Source of the DNA: Bacteroidetes bacterium 4572_112
GTDB taxonomy: Bacteria; Bacteroidota; Bacteroidia; Bacteroidales; UBA1556
DNA length: 57,598 bases
Direction: 5' to 3'
Assembly: GCA_002254285.1 (NCBI GenBank)
Contig: NIUZ01000002.1
Location: 1-57,598, forward strand
Below are positions 46,976 to 56,687 of the stretch, one piece after another; positions within the stretch are counted from its first letter, which is position 1, and the number at the start of each line of letters is the position of its first letter. Made by a program: the position numbers and the translations under genes. The notes under the pieces are model-generated. The model was given only the letters and a program-made list of their open reading frames with translations, had not been told where the DNA came from and searched no databases.

Positions 46976-47158
46976 ATAGCGGAATTACCAATAATTTTAA
47001 TCCAGAATTACATTAAAAAATAAGGCTAAGGGCTAAAAAGAAAAGGCTAAAGTTAAAAGTCTTAGTTTATGTCTTTATTTTTTACAAATCTTCACATTTC
47101 CCCCAATTAAACAAATAAACAATTCCCCAAATACACAATTAAAACCTACCTTTGCCCC

Positions 47159-47749
47159 ATGATAACAGTAGGAAGAGCGATAGTATCGGAAGATGTGATT
47201 AACGTGCAGTTTATGTGCGACTTAAAAGCCTGTGGTGGCGAGTGCTGCGTACAAGGCGACGAGGGTGCTCCCCTTGATGAAAACGAGATTGGCGACTTGG
47301 AAGATTCCCTAGATGAGGTGATTCCATATATGCGCAAGGAAGGAATTGAAGTTGTGGACAATTACGGAGTATTTGATTATGGCTCCGAGGGTGATTATGT
47401 TACTCCTTTGGTAAATCACAACGAATGTGCCTTTGTATATTTTGAGAATAATATGGCGCTTTGTGCCATTGAGAAAGCCTATCTCGAAGGTAAGATTACT
47501 TATCGTAAGCCTCTATCGTGTCATTTGTATCCAATTCGTATTACTGAATATGCTGATTTTGATGCAGTAAACTATCATAAATGGACTTTGTGTAGCTCAG
47601 CACTAGAGCATGGAAAAGAAGTTGGAGTACCAATATATAAAATGTTGAAAGAACCATTAATTCGCAAATATGGCGAAGATTGGTATACAAAACTTGAAGC
47701 AGAAGTTGATTCTGGCTTATATGACGAGGTACTTAGTCGTAATAAATAA
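47159..47749 (+). CDS. DUF3109 family protein (Cys-rich)
   Basis: The N-terminus F.CDLKACGGECCVQGDEGAPL is characteristic. A TAccTTTG box ends only 4 nt before the ATG. Confidence 0.8.
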   Translation: MITVGRAIVSEDVINVQFMCDLKACGGECCVQGDEGAPLDENEIGDLEDSLDEVIPYMRKEGIEVVDNYGVFDYGSEGDYVTPLVNHNECAFVYFENNMALCAIEKAYLEGKITYRKPLSCHLYPIRITEYADFDAVNYHKWTLCSSALEHGKEVGVPIYKMLKEPLIRKYGEDWYTKLEAEVDSGLYDEVLSRNK

Positions 47750-47765
47750 TTCTATTAATATATAA

Positions 47766-49196
47766 ATGAGCAATTATACTAGCGATTCGTATATAAGTCT
47801 GAAGCGTGAGTTTGGCTTTGAGCCTACCTCAAAACAGGATATGCTCATGCAGCAATTATCCTATTTTGTTGATAACGACTATCAGCGTGGACTTTTTGTT
47901 ATAAAAGGTTATGCTGGTACAGGAAAAACATCAATAGTTTCAGCACTTTCGCGCCATCTTCGTAAAAGTTTTCGTGGATTTAGATTAATGGCTCCCACAG
48001 GGCGTGCTGCCAAAGTTTTGGGTAAGTATTCTGGCTTTAGAGCAGCAACTGTTCATCAGAGTATATATTTTGCAGTTACAGGTGCTGGTGGAGGTCTTTT
48101 ACTTACATTAAAAGAGAATAAAGCTAAAAACACTATATTTATTATAGACGAAGCATCAATGATTCCTGATGAAACATCTACATCAAAAGGTGGAGGTAGA
48201 AATTTGCTCTATGATATAATGGAATATGTGTATAATGATAAAGGATGTAAATTAATCTTTATTGGCGATACTGCACAGCTTCCTCCGGTTGGAATTCCAA
48301 TGAGTCCAGCCTTGGACCCACAATATCTTAAAAATGCTTTCAGTCTTGATATTCTTACAATAGAACTTGATGAGGTGGTACGACAAGATGAACAATCAGG
48401 CATACTTTCTAATGCAACATTGTTACGTCAGAGTATAAATAATGAGAATTATCTCCCTCCATTTTTCGATATATACGGACAGAAAGATGTTGTAAATCTA
48501 CCTGGTATTGAGCTTATTGACGAGCTTCAGTCAGCATACGATTTTCAAGGATTTGATAATACAGTGATAATTACGCGCTCCAATAAGCGAGCAAATCAAT
48601 ATAACGAAGCCATCCGAAATCGAATATTATTTCGTGAAGAGAAAATTAACGCTGGCGACTACCTGATGGTGGTAAAGAATAATTATTTTTGGCTTGATGA
48701 TGATTCCAAATCGGGCTTTCTTGCCAATGGTGATATTATGGAACTTATGTCGGTGCTTAAGATGGAAGAAATGTATGGTTTCCTATTTGCCAATGTGGTT
48801 GTGCGCTTAGTTGATTATCCTGATGAGCGTGAAATAGAGATTAAGCTTTTGCTCAATAGTTTAGATACAGAATCTCCTGCTCTTTCTTATGAAGATAATA
48901 ATAGACTTTATAAGACTGTTTTGGAGGATTTTATGGATATTCCAAGCATAAGCAAACGCCGCGAAATGGTGCGACAAAGTGAATATTTTAATGCAGTGCA
49001 GGTGAAATTTGCCTACGCTCTTACTTGCCACAAAACCCAAGGAGGACAGTGGCATACAGTATTTGTGGACCAAGGTTATATGACCGAGGAACGTATGGAT
49101 AAGGAATATTTGCGTTGGTTATATACCGCCACAACCCGTGCTACGGATAGACTTTTCTTTATAAATTTTCCCGAAGCTTATTTTATTGAAGCATAA
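47766..49196 (+). CDS. RecD-like SF1 DNA helicase (AAA_30 + UvrD_C_2)
   Basis: Walker A GYAGTGKTS, Walker B IIDEASM, GDTAQLPPV, and a C-terminal YALTCHKTQGGQW. Confidence 0.85.
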   Translation: MSNYTSDSYISLKREFGFEPTSKQDMLMQQLSYFVDNDYQRGLFVIKGYAGTGKTSIVSALSRHLRKSFRGFRLMAPTGRAAKVLGKYSGFRAATVHQSIYFAVTGAGGGLLLTLKENKAKNTIFIIDEASMIPDETSTSKGGGRNLLYDIMEYVYNDKGCKLIFIGDTAQLPPVGIPMSPALDPQYLKNAFSLDILTIELDEVVRQDEQSGILSNATLLRQSINNENYLPPFFDIYGQKDVVNLPGIELIDELQSAYDFQGFDNTVIITRSNKRANQYNEAIRNRILFREEKINAGDYLMVVKNNYFWLDDDSKSGFLANGDIMELMSVLKMEEMYGFLFANVVVRLVDYPDEREIEIKLLLNSLDTESPALSYEDNNRLYKTVLEDFMDIPSISKRREMVRQSEYFNAVQVKFAYALTCHKTQGGQWHTVFVDQGYMTEERMDKEYLRWLYTATTRATDRLFFINFPEAYFIEA

Positions 49197-49299
49197 TTCA
49201 GTCAGCAGTCAACAGTATTCAGTAGGCAGTCTACAGTCAGCAGTCTACAGTAGGCAGTATTCATTGACTGAAGACTGCATACTGCGAACTGAAGACTTA
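49197..49299. repeat. REP-like palindromic element, family B (copy b2)
   Basis: Fills the whole gap between convergent genes. Words cagtcagcagtc, (g)taggcagt x3, cagtctacagt x2, gactgaagactg, ctgcgaactgaagact. Confidence 0.85.
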
Positions 49300-49302
49300 A
49301 TC

Positions 49303-50472
49303 CTAAGCTTTCTTTCTGCGATTTTTCTCAATGCGAATAAAATCTAACTCGCGAGTTGATTGACCTTGAGCAGATGTGTTTTCTTCTGCACGGCGCAATA
49401 AGTATGGCATTACGTGTTTCACTGGGCCATAAGGAAGATATTTTGCAACATTAAATCCTTCTTTAGCAACATTAAAACTAATATTATCGCTCATTCCATA
49501 AAGTTGAGAGAACCAACAGTGATCGTGGTCTTTAGGTATTTTATGATCACACATATAATCCACCATTAGTTGCGTAGATTCGTCATTATGCGTTCCGTTG
49601 AAAATCTTAATATTATCGATACGCTCAAGGCAATATCTTATGGCTGCATTATAATCTTTGTCGGTAGCTTCTTTGGTAGGCTGAATAGGGTCTTGATAAC
49701 CTTTTTGCTCAGCTCTTTCGCGCTCAATTTCCATATAAGCACCACGTACAAACTTTGCTCCTAAGAAATAACCGCCCTTTTGCGACATCTTAAACGATTC
49801 GTCAAGGAAAGCCAATCTGTCGTGACGGTACATTTGGAAAGTATTGAAAACAATAGCTTTCTCCTTATTGAAATTTGCCATTTCGGTATTAGTAGCATAG
49901 TCAATAATGTTTTGATACCATGAGTGTTCAGCATCAATCAAAATTGGAACATCTACCTCATGAGCTTTTGCACATAATTGGTGAACTCTGTCCAAAAATT
50001 GCTCTTTTTCTGCGGTTTCTTGCTCGTTCATTTCTTCCCCAGAGCTAGCTTTCTCAAGTACAATAGAGCGACCCATTGCTGTTGGCTTAAATACCGCAAA
50101 AGGAATATTTTTATTCTTGCCAGCATTCTCAATAGCACGAAGTGTTTCTTCAAAAGCTAAACGAATATCTTCAGCATCTTCCTTGCCTTCTACAGAATAA
50201 TCAAGAATAGATTTTACATTATACTTACCAAGTTTTTCAATTGCTGCATCACAGCTTTTGATAGTTTCGCCACCCACAAAATGCTGATATATAGTTGGTT
50301 TCACTGCCCAGTTTATAGGAAAATGAATACCCAATGCTATATTAAGCATTTTGTTTCCAGCTTTTACTATTGTTGGGCTCGAAATAGTTTTGAAAAGCAC
50401 ATATGCCTTATTTATTTCCCAATCGGTTTTGCTAATAAAAGCATTTTCAGTATTATTAAAATCTATCTTCAT
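49303..50472 (-). CDS. Proline dehydrogenase family protein
   Basis: 389 aa. Bacteroidota-type monofunctional PutA-like TIM barrel. The motifs QHFVGGET..., FQMYR... and QLYGM match the family pattern. Confidence 0.88.
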   Translation of the reverse strand: MKIDFNNTENAFISKTDWEINKAYVLFKTISSPTIVKAGNKMLNIALGIHFPINWAVKPTIYQHFVGGETIKSCDAAIEKLGKYNVKSILDYSVEGKEDAEDIRLAFEETLRAIENAGKNKNIPFAVFKPTAMGRSIVLEKASSGEEMNEQETAEKEQFLDRVHQLCAKAHEVDVPILIDAEHSWYQNIIDYATNTEMANFNKEKAIVFNTFQMYRHDRLAFLDESFKMSQKGGYFLGAKFVRGAYMEIERERAEQKGYQDPIQPTKEATDKDYNAAIRYCLERIDNIKIFNGTHNDESTQLMVDYMCDHKIPKDHDHCWFSQLYGMSDNISFNVAKEGFNVAKYLPYGPVKHVMPYLLRRAEENTSAQGQSTRELDFIRIEKNRRKKA

Positions 50473-50638
50473 AGCTAATAGTTTTGAATGTTTGAACTAC
50501 GATTAACTGCTATAAACACACTCATTTATGTTATAACAATTAAGCATACAAACGTAATATTAAAAATGAATAATAGTAATGTATTGAATATTATTTTTTG
50601 CTAGTTTTGATTGATTTTGAACAAGGATTTTTGTAAAT

Positions 50639-50689
50639 AAAAAAGCTACCATTATGTATTTCTTAAGTGATGAAATATATAATGATAGC
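50639..50689 (-). terminator. Terminator downstream of the small membrane protein gene
   Basis: Stem gctaccattat/ataatgatagc (10 of 11) with a structured loop. There is a T6 run on the minus strand. Confidence 0.55.
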
Positions 50690-50715
50690 AATTTAATAAG
50701 CTTTACTGAGAATAT

Positions 50716-50976
50716 TTAATATGCTCCAGAGCTAGCTGCTCCAATTATTGTTGCTCCAAATACTGCAAATATTAGAATATATAATGCTATTACAATTAAT
50801 ACCATTACAAGTGTTGCTTTTGCCCAATTTGCTTTATTAGGGTTGGTATTGTCTCCAAATGCCCAGATAAAAATCATTACGATTCCTACAATAGGAATTC
50901 CAGAAATTAGAAAAGTAATTACCCAGTCTTTTGTGCTCATTACAGGCACATTCGAATTTTCATTTAAATTCTCCAT
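50716..50976 (-). CDS. Small two-TM membrane protein
   Basis: ATG at 50976 (MENLNENSNVPVMSTKDW...). Two hydrophobic helices. Confidence 0.55.
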   Translation of the reverse strand: MENLNENSNVPVMSTKDWVITFLISGIPIVGIVMIFIWAFGDNTNPNKANWAKATLVMVLIVIALYILIFAVFGATIIGAASSGAY

Positions 50977-51041
50977 AGTATTGTTAATTTTAGTATAATT
51001 GTGTGATTTTATATACAATCAAAAATAAACATTTTTTTAAT

Positions 51042-51569
51042 ATGGATAATGAAATAAAATTGCCGCAGCCTAATGAGGTGAGTTATAAGGAAAAAGAGCG
51101 TGCAATGGCATCGTATTTTATGATGTTCGCTTCTTCAACAATTGGTTTGCCTTTGCCATTTTTCAACCTTATTGCTTCATGGATATTTTATAGATATACA
51201 AGTAAAACTAGCCAATTTGTTAGGTTTCATTCGTATCAATCGATGCTAAGCCAGTTGCCAATAACGGTGTTTAATACCGTGATAGTGTTTTGGACATTTA
51301 ATATTGTATGGGGAAATTTTCCCATGGCAAATGAGAATGATTTAGCTCCAATTTTAGAAGGCTTTAGCTCAAATTATATTGGATTTGCCATAGTAACAGC
51401 ACTTTCTAACCTTATTTATATAATTTTTAGCGTAATTGCTGGGGCCAAAGCCTATAAAGGTCGCTTATATTATTTTCCATATTTCGGGAATATAGCTTTT
51501 GACCATGCCTTTGTTAATTTCAAAGAATTTGGGAAAGATGAATATGTAAACACAGCACCAAAATTATGA
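51042..51569 (+). CDS. DUF4870-like membrane protein
   Basis: ATG at 51042. ER.MASYFMMF...IGLPLPFFNLIASWIFY pattern. 3-4 TM segments. ATGA overlap with the next gene. Confidence 0.65.
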   Translation: MDNEIKLPQPNEVSYKEKERAMASYFMMFASSTIGLPLPFFNLIASWIFYRYTSKTSQFVRFHSYQSMLSQLPITVFNTVIVFWTFNIVWGNFPMANENDLAPILEGFSSNYIGFAIVTALSNLIYIIFSVIAGAKAYKGRLYYFPYFGNIAFDHAFVNFKEFGKDEYVNTAPKL

Positions 51570-52378
51570 GCAGAACATATCGTCAGTTATTAGTTTTAGT
51601 TGCCATATTTATTAGTGCATGGTTTGCATTCAGCTATATTTCACAAAGTTATTTTGCCGATAAGGAAACTAAAACTATTATTTCTCTCGAGAGTGAAGAG
51701 AAACTTGCCTCGGCAATTCATTCAATAATATTAAGCGAATTCGATACTATAAATTCGCCTGCCGCAAATATTGTTTTGGATTCAATACTTTTGCGACTCC
51801 AAAAAGGTATTGATAGCGCAAGGTATACATATAATTTTACGATAATTGATAACGAGCAGCTCAATGCTTTTGCTACTCTTGGTGGCAGAATTTATATATT
51901 CAAAGGGCTGATAGAACATAGTGATAATGCTGAAATGCTTGCTTCGGTTTTGGCTCACGAAATTGGTCATATTGAGCATCACGATTTTGAAAATAGGTTG
52001 GCTAAAAATATTGCAATATCGACAGTAATTGCTGTGGCAACAGGTGGTAACGAAACTCTTATTTCGGAATTATCAAAATCGGTATTGGGCTCATCTTACG
52101 ATAGACAGCAAGAGGCTCATGCAGATAAATTCGCCATGCAATTGCTCGAAAAAGTAAATATCGACCCTTCTGCTTTGGGGGTTTTCTTTATAAAAATTAA
52201 GAGGCTTGATAATTCTAATCTGGATTTAGAATATTTCCAAAGTCATCCAAATACCGATAGCCGAATAGAAAAGGTTGCAAACTATAGAGTTGATGATGAT
52301 TTTAATGAAATAAAATTTGATTCCTTACAGTGGAATGCGCTTGCTGATTGGGTTAAGAATGATGTTATTTTTCAATAA
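51566..52378 (+). CDS. M48 family zinc metallopeptidase
   Basis: HEIGHIEHHD (HExxH) with a downstream E..AD. N-terminal TM anchor. Confidence 0.85.
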   Translation: MSRTYRQLLVLVAIFISAWFAFSYISQSYFADKETKTIISLESEEKLASAIHSIILSEFDTINSPAANIVLDSILLRLQKGIDSARYTYNFTIIDNEQLNAFATLGGRIYIFKGLIEHSDNAEMLASVLAHEIGHIEHHDFENRLAKNIAISTVIAVATGGNETLISELSKSVLGSSYDRQQEAHADKFAMQLLEKVNIDPSALGVFFIKIKRLDNSNLDLEYFQSHPNTDSRIEKVANYRVDDDFNEIKFDSLQWNALADWVKNDVIFQ

Positions 52379-52423
52379 TAATATCGTTTTATTTTCGTTT
52401 CTTTGCAATAGATATAACATATT

Positions 52424-53191
52424 ATGAAGCAATATTACATTTGGCTATTTAGCATTATATTTTTACTCTTTTCAATAAATTCTGAAGCTCAAAAGAACAT
52501 CAGAGATTCGAGTATTTTCATTCCTTCGCTAAGTATTAATTACTCTTTTCATATGCCGCTAAGTGGTAGTATTAGTGAGTCTTATGGCGGATTTCATTCC
52601 GTAGGAAGTGATGCTAATTTTAAACTTCCCAATAATTTTAGTCTTGGACTAGGCTTCGAATATCATTTTAGTGAAAGCATAAAAGATAGAGAGCTTTATT
52701 TCAAAGATATACAGAACGATAACGGATATGTTATTGATGGCAATGGTCAATTTGCTGAGGTTTTTCTTTATCATAGAGGATTTAATATTCAACTTTTTGG
52801 AGGATATCAGTTTAATATATTAGCACCAAATCCCAATAGTGGTCCTTATGTACAGGTGGGTGTAGGCTTTATGCAATACCATACTCGTATCGAAAACCCG
52901 GGTCGTACAGCCAATGCTGTAATTGATGATTACGCCAAAATGTATGATAGACTTCGCAATGGGTTTTCTTCAACTCAGGTGCTAGGTTATAGATATATGG
53001 GTAACCGAAATCTTACTAATTTCTTTATCGCCCTGGAGCTTACCGAGGCCTGGACCGACAACAGAAGGAGCTATAATGCCGATTTATCAGAAGGTCAGTT
53101 GGGAAAGAAACTCGATTTTGTGGTAGGTGTTAAAGTAGGTTGGTTAATTCCATTTTATGGTCGTGCGCCAAAAGACTACTATTATTATTAG
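52424..53191 (+). CDS. Putative outer-membrane beta-barrel protein
   Basis: Signal peptide ...SINSEAQ, alternating amphipathic strands, and an aromatic C-terminus. Confidence 0.55.
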   Translation: MKQYYIWLFSIIFLLFSINSEAQKNIRDSSIFIPSLSINYSFHMPLSGSISESYGGFHSVGSDANFKLPNNFSLGLGFEYHFSESIKDRELYFKDIQNDNGYVIDGNGQFAEVFLYHRGFNIQLFGGYQFNILAPNPNSGPYVQVGVGFMQYHTRIENPGRTANAVIDDYAKMYDRLRNGFSSTQVLGYRYMGNRNLTNFFIALELTEAWTDNRRSYNADLSEGQLGKKLDFVVGVKVGWLIPFYGRAPKDYYYY

Positions 53192-53212
53192 CAGAAACTT
53201 CATTAAATAATC

Positions 53213-54454
53213 ATGAGATATTTATATAGTTTTTCCATCAGAATATATGCTGTTTTGCTGAAAATAGCATCACTTTTTGTGCCTAAAGCAAAAAAATGGG
53301 TTGATGGTAGAAAGAATATCTTTGACAAAATAAAAGCGGAAGTTGAGCCTGGCAATATTGTATGGTTTCATGCTGCATCGGTTGGCGAATTTGAGCAAGC
53401 ACGTCCTCTGATTGAAGTTTTAAAGAATGATTACCCTAACAAAAAAATACTTATAACTTTCTTTTCGCCATCGGGTTACGAGCTTCGTAAGGATTATGAG
53501 CTTGCCGATTATGTATTTTATCTTCCAATAGATACTCCTCAAAATGCATTTAAATTTTTAGAGGCTATAAAGCCCGAAACTGTGTTTTTTATTAAATATG
53601 AATTCTGGTTTAATTATATAAATGAGATTCATTCTCGCCTTATTCCCCTATATCTTGTTTCTGGAATTTTTAGAGAAAAACAGCACTTTTTTAAGTGGTA
53701 CGGAAGCTGGTTTGCCAAGCATCTACCTATGTTTAAGCATATTTATGTGCAAGATAAAGCTTCTGCAAAACTATTGGGTTCGCTAAAGGCTCGCAATTTT
53801 AGTATTAGTGGCGATACTCGTTTTGATAGGGTATATCAAAATACGCTTTCCGTTCAGCCTTACGATACTGTTGCGCATTTTGTGGGCGATAGTAAAATAC
53901 TGTTGGCAGGCAGCAGCTGGCCTCAAGATGAGGATTTACTAATAAGATATCTTATCAATACTGAGCAGAATATTAAACTGATAATTGCCCCTCATGAGAT
54001 TCATGAAAATCACCTTATTTCCATAGAAAAAAGTTTTAGGGATTTTAATCCTATCCGATGGTCGCAGCACCAAAGTAAGGATGATGATTTGCAAAATTCC
54101 AAGGTTTTAATTATCGATTCTGTGGGTAAACTTATGCACCTTTATCAGTATGCTGATGTGGCCTATATTGGTGGTGGTTTTGGTGTTGGTATTCATAATA
54201 TACTTGAGGCCGCTTGCTTCGGAAAACCCATTGCATTTGGACCCAATTATCAAAAATTTAAAGAGGCTCGCGATCTTATTGAGCTTAAGGGAGCTTTTAG
54301 CATTAGCAACTATAGTGAACTAAAAGATGTTTTGGATAAGCTATTTATTGATAGTGAAATTCTGAAACAGAAATCAGATGTTTGTCTGAAATATATAAAA
54401 GATAATATTGGCGCTACAGAGATAATAATGAAGGAATATTCGTCACCAGAATAG
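53213..54454 (+). CDS. waaA: 3-deoxy-D-manno-octulosonic acid (Kdo) transferase
   Basis: WFHAASVGEF..ARPLI motif and a GT30 C-terminal domain. Confidence 0.92.
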   Translation: MRYLYSFSIRIYAVLLKIASLFVPKAKKWVDGRKNIFDKIKAEVEPGNIVWFHAASVGEFEQARPLIEVLKNDYPNKKILITFFSPSGYELRKDYELADYVFYLPIDTPQNAFKFLEAIKPETVFFIKYEFWFNYINEIHSRLIPLYLVSGIFREKQHFFKWYGSWFAKHLPMFKHIYVQDKASAKLLGSLKARNFSISGDTRFDRVYQNTLSVQPYDTVAHFVGDSKILLAGSSWPQDEDLLIRYLINTEQNIKLIIAPHEIHENHLISIEKSFRDFNPIRWSQHQSKDDDLQNSKVLIIDSVGKLMHLYQYADVAYIGGGFGVGIHNILEAACFGKPIAFGPNYQKFKEARDLIELKGAFSISNYSELKDVLDKLFIDSEILKQKSDVCLKYIKDNIGATEIIMKEYSSPE

Positions 54455-54499
54455 ATTTATTATTATTGCCAAATACGAATTAACTAATAAGTAATCAGC

Positions 54500-55249
54500 A
54501 TGATACGTATTGAAAATCTTGAGAAATCATATGTCAATAAATTGGTTATTGATAAATTAAATCTTGAGCTTAATAAAGGAATGATTTACTCATTATTGGG
54601 TAAAAATGGAGTAGGTAAAAGCACTCTTATCAATATTATTATGGATATAATTCCTACTAATGCAGGTAATGTGTTTATTAATGATACTCCCCATAACGAA
54701 ATTACTAAGGAGCAGAAATCCAAAATTGGTTTCATAGGCGAAAATCTTGCTATTATTGATGAACTTAGTGGCAAAGATTTCCTAAAATTTATTGGTAAAA
54801 TTTACGGAATTGCTAATAATATTCTCGAAAAACGGATTAATGATTTAACATCATATTTTTTCGAAAATAGTGATGACATTAATAAAAGCATCTCTGGTTA
54901 TTCCACAGGAATGCGCAAGAAAATTGCTTTCTGTGCTGCAGTAATTCACACTCCTGAAATTCTTATTCTCGACGAACCATTCTCTGGCCTTGATCCTCTT
55001 GTGGCAAATCAGATGACAGCTTTCCTTCAGCAATACAAAAGAGACGATAGGTTGATATTTATATCGTCGCATGATTTAAATTATGTTGAGAAAATAGCTA
55101 CACATATTGGTGTGCTTGATAACGAACTGCTTGTTTTCAATGCCTCCATGGAGGATTTTACCCATAATGGGCTTAACTCATTGGATAATGCTTTGCTCAA
55201 AATACTGAAGCCCAACGATAGCGAACTTTCAAAAATTGATTGGCTATGA
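54500..55249 (+). CDS. ABC transporter ATP-binding protein
   Basis: Walker A GKNGVGKST, signature YSTGMRKK, Walker B ILILDEP. Confidence 0.9.
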   Translation: MIRIENLEKSYVNKLVIDKLNLELNKGMIYSLLGKNGVGKSTLINIIMDIIPTNAGNVFINDTPHNEITKEQKSKIGFIGENLAIIDELSGKDFLKFIGKIYGIANNILEKRINDLTSYFFENSDDINKSISGYSTGMRKKIAFCAAVIHTPEILILDEPFSGLDPLVANQMTAFLQQYKRDDRLIFISSHDLNYVEKIATHIGVLDNELLVFNASMEDFTHNGLNSLDNALLKILKPNDSELSKIDWL

Positions 55250-56420
55250 TTTGGTTTTTATTGAAGAAAAAACTGATTTTGCGATGATTTATGCGGCTTT
55301 ATTTTTTATTACAATCTCGCGAACATTCATCCCTTCGTATAATCCTTTAAAGTTAGAGTTCCCAAATTATTACCCTATTTCGGTATTTCAAAAGTATAGC
55401 CTATCACTTTTAGGCGACTATATTAAGCCATTCTTTTTTTATATGTTGTCATTTATTCTTACGGCAACTTTCTTTCGCGAAAATGCAGATTTCAATTTTC
55501 TAGCAACAGCTTTTGCCTATTTGATATTGGGAAATATTGTTCGTCAGAATATACAATATGTTATAGATTTTAAGCTTACTAAAAATGCTTATTTGGCGTC
55601 CTTTATAGCCATAGGCTTAATTATTATAGCAAGTATAAATATTGCTTTTTCATTTTTAGATGGAGTGCTTATTAGTTGGCTTTTGGTAGTATTATTCTTT
55701 CTTTTGGGATATTATCAGCATTACTCAATTATTGATGAGCGAAAGTCGAGTATTGCCAATAGCTCGTCAAAACGGGGAATAAACTTCAAGCTTATTGTCA
55801 ATAATAAAAAGGCTAGGATGCTTATAATTGTTGGCTTATTCTTCAAAATAATTGTAATAGTAGTATTAATAATTCAAGCATATAAGGGTAAAGAACTTCT
55901 AGTTGATAATATACCAATAATGTGGCTTTTCATAACTCCACTGGCATTTTTCACTTATTTTTATAATAATATTTGGGCGTTTTGGCCTAGCCTAATGGTA
56001 AATATGGAGCTACGCAATGGTGATTATTATCAGATGATAAAGCAGGGTTTACAGCTTATGAAATTCCCTTTGCTTATTGATTTTATTTTAGCTTTGCCAT
56101 TATTATATATCTTTAGCGACAAGCTAGTTTTTATAAGTTTATTCTATATTACATCGGTGGTGTTTTTGGTGAGTTTTTCGTTTTTTTGGTCGGCATTACT
56201 TCCCATAAAAGTAAAAAAGGTATTTCAGCGCAAAGGAGCTACTAATATGTGGTCTTCTATGGCTACAATGCTTGCTATAGCAATATTAGCACTTATGCAA
56301 GTCAACGCATGGTTTTATATAATATCACCTTTTTTCTTGGCCATGAGCGCTGCTGCAATATGGTTCTCCAAAGATATTTATAGAGACAATAAGCATAAAA
56401 TTTATGAGAAGATAATGTGA
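55236..56420 (+). CDS. Polytopic membrane protein, presumed permease partner of the ABC ATPase
   Basis: About 10 hydrophobic segments. It overlaps the ATPase gene. The start is uncertain (TTG 55236 or ATG 55284). Confidence 0.6.
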   Translation: MIGYDLVFIEEKTDFAMIYAALFFITISRTFIPSYNPLKLEFPNYYPISVFQKYSLSLLGDYIKPFFFYMLSFILTATFFRENADFNFLATAFAYLILGNIVRQNIQYVIDFKLTKNAYLASFIAIGLIIIASINIAFSFLDGVLISWLLVVLFFLLGYYQHYSIIDERKSSIANSSSKRGINFKLIVNNKKARMLIIVGLFFKIIVIVVLIIQAYKGKELLVDNIPIMWLFITPLAFFTYFYNNIWAFWPSLMVNMELRNGDYYQMIKQGLQLMKFPLLIDFILALPLLYIFSDKLVFISLFYITSVVFLVSFSFFWSALLPIKVKKVFQRKGATNMWSSMATMLAIAILALMQVNAWFYIISPFFLAMSAAAIWFSKDIYRDNKHKIYEKIM

Positions 56421-56473
56421 TTAAAGGGTGTTAGTTAGTTTTATTCTTCACTCTTCACAAAGCCAAAGATAAA

Positions 56474-56521
56474 TAAAAAAAGTGGCACAGAATTCATTAC
56501 AAATTCACATGCCACTTTTTT
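56474..56521. terminator. Bidirectional terminator between convergent genes
   Basis: A-run, then agtggca...tgccact stem with an inner gaatt/aattc stem, then T6. Confidence 0.65.
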
Positions 56522-56550
56522 AAGTGTTTATTCGTTTAATCGTTGATTTG

Positions 56551-56683
56551 CCTGCCTGTCGGCAGACAGGTTTAATTGGATGTTGTCACCCTCTTAAATC
56601 TTAAATCCTAGCCCTTTATCCTTCTCCTTTTTCCTAGTACTCTATCCTTTTTCCTCCTGAGTTTACCGAAGGATCCTTTATCC
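56551..56683. repeat. REP-like mosaic element, family A (copy a4)
   Basis: cctgcctgtcggcagacagg ... ccctcttaaatc ... tttttcctagtactctatcc ... tcctcctgagtttaccgaagga ... cctttatcc. It ends 4 nt before the slyD stop codon. Confidence 0.85.
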
Positions 56684-56687
56684 TTGT

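Noticed and set aside
47147-47161. Leaderless-mRNA promoter for the DUF3109 gene (TAccTTTG ending 4 nt before the ATG)
   Set aside because: There is no -33 TTG at the right spacing. A -7 box this close to the ATG would place the transcription start inside the coding region. It is more likely a chance match.
38603-49299. Possible CRISPR arrays at the repeat-rich spacers (38.6 kb, 39.4 kb, 49.2 kb, 57.5 kb)
   Set aside because: There are no regularly spaced 24-48-bp repeats with unique spacers. Units are 7-12-bp words, or palindromes arranged irregularly. The only regular direct repeat has two copies with a 91-bp period. No cas genes are in the window.
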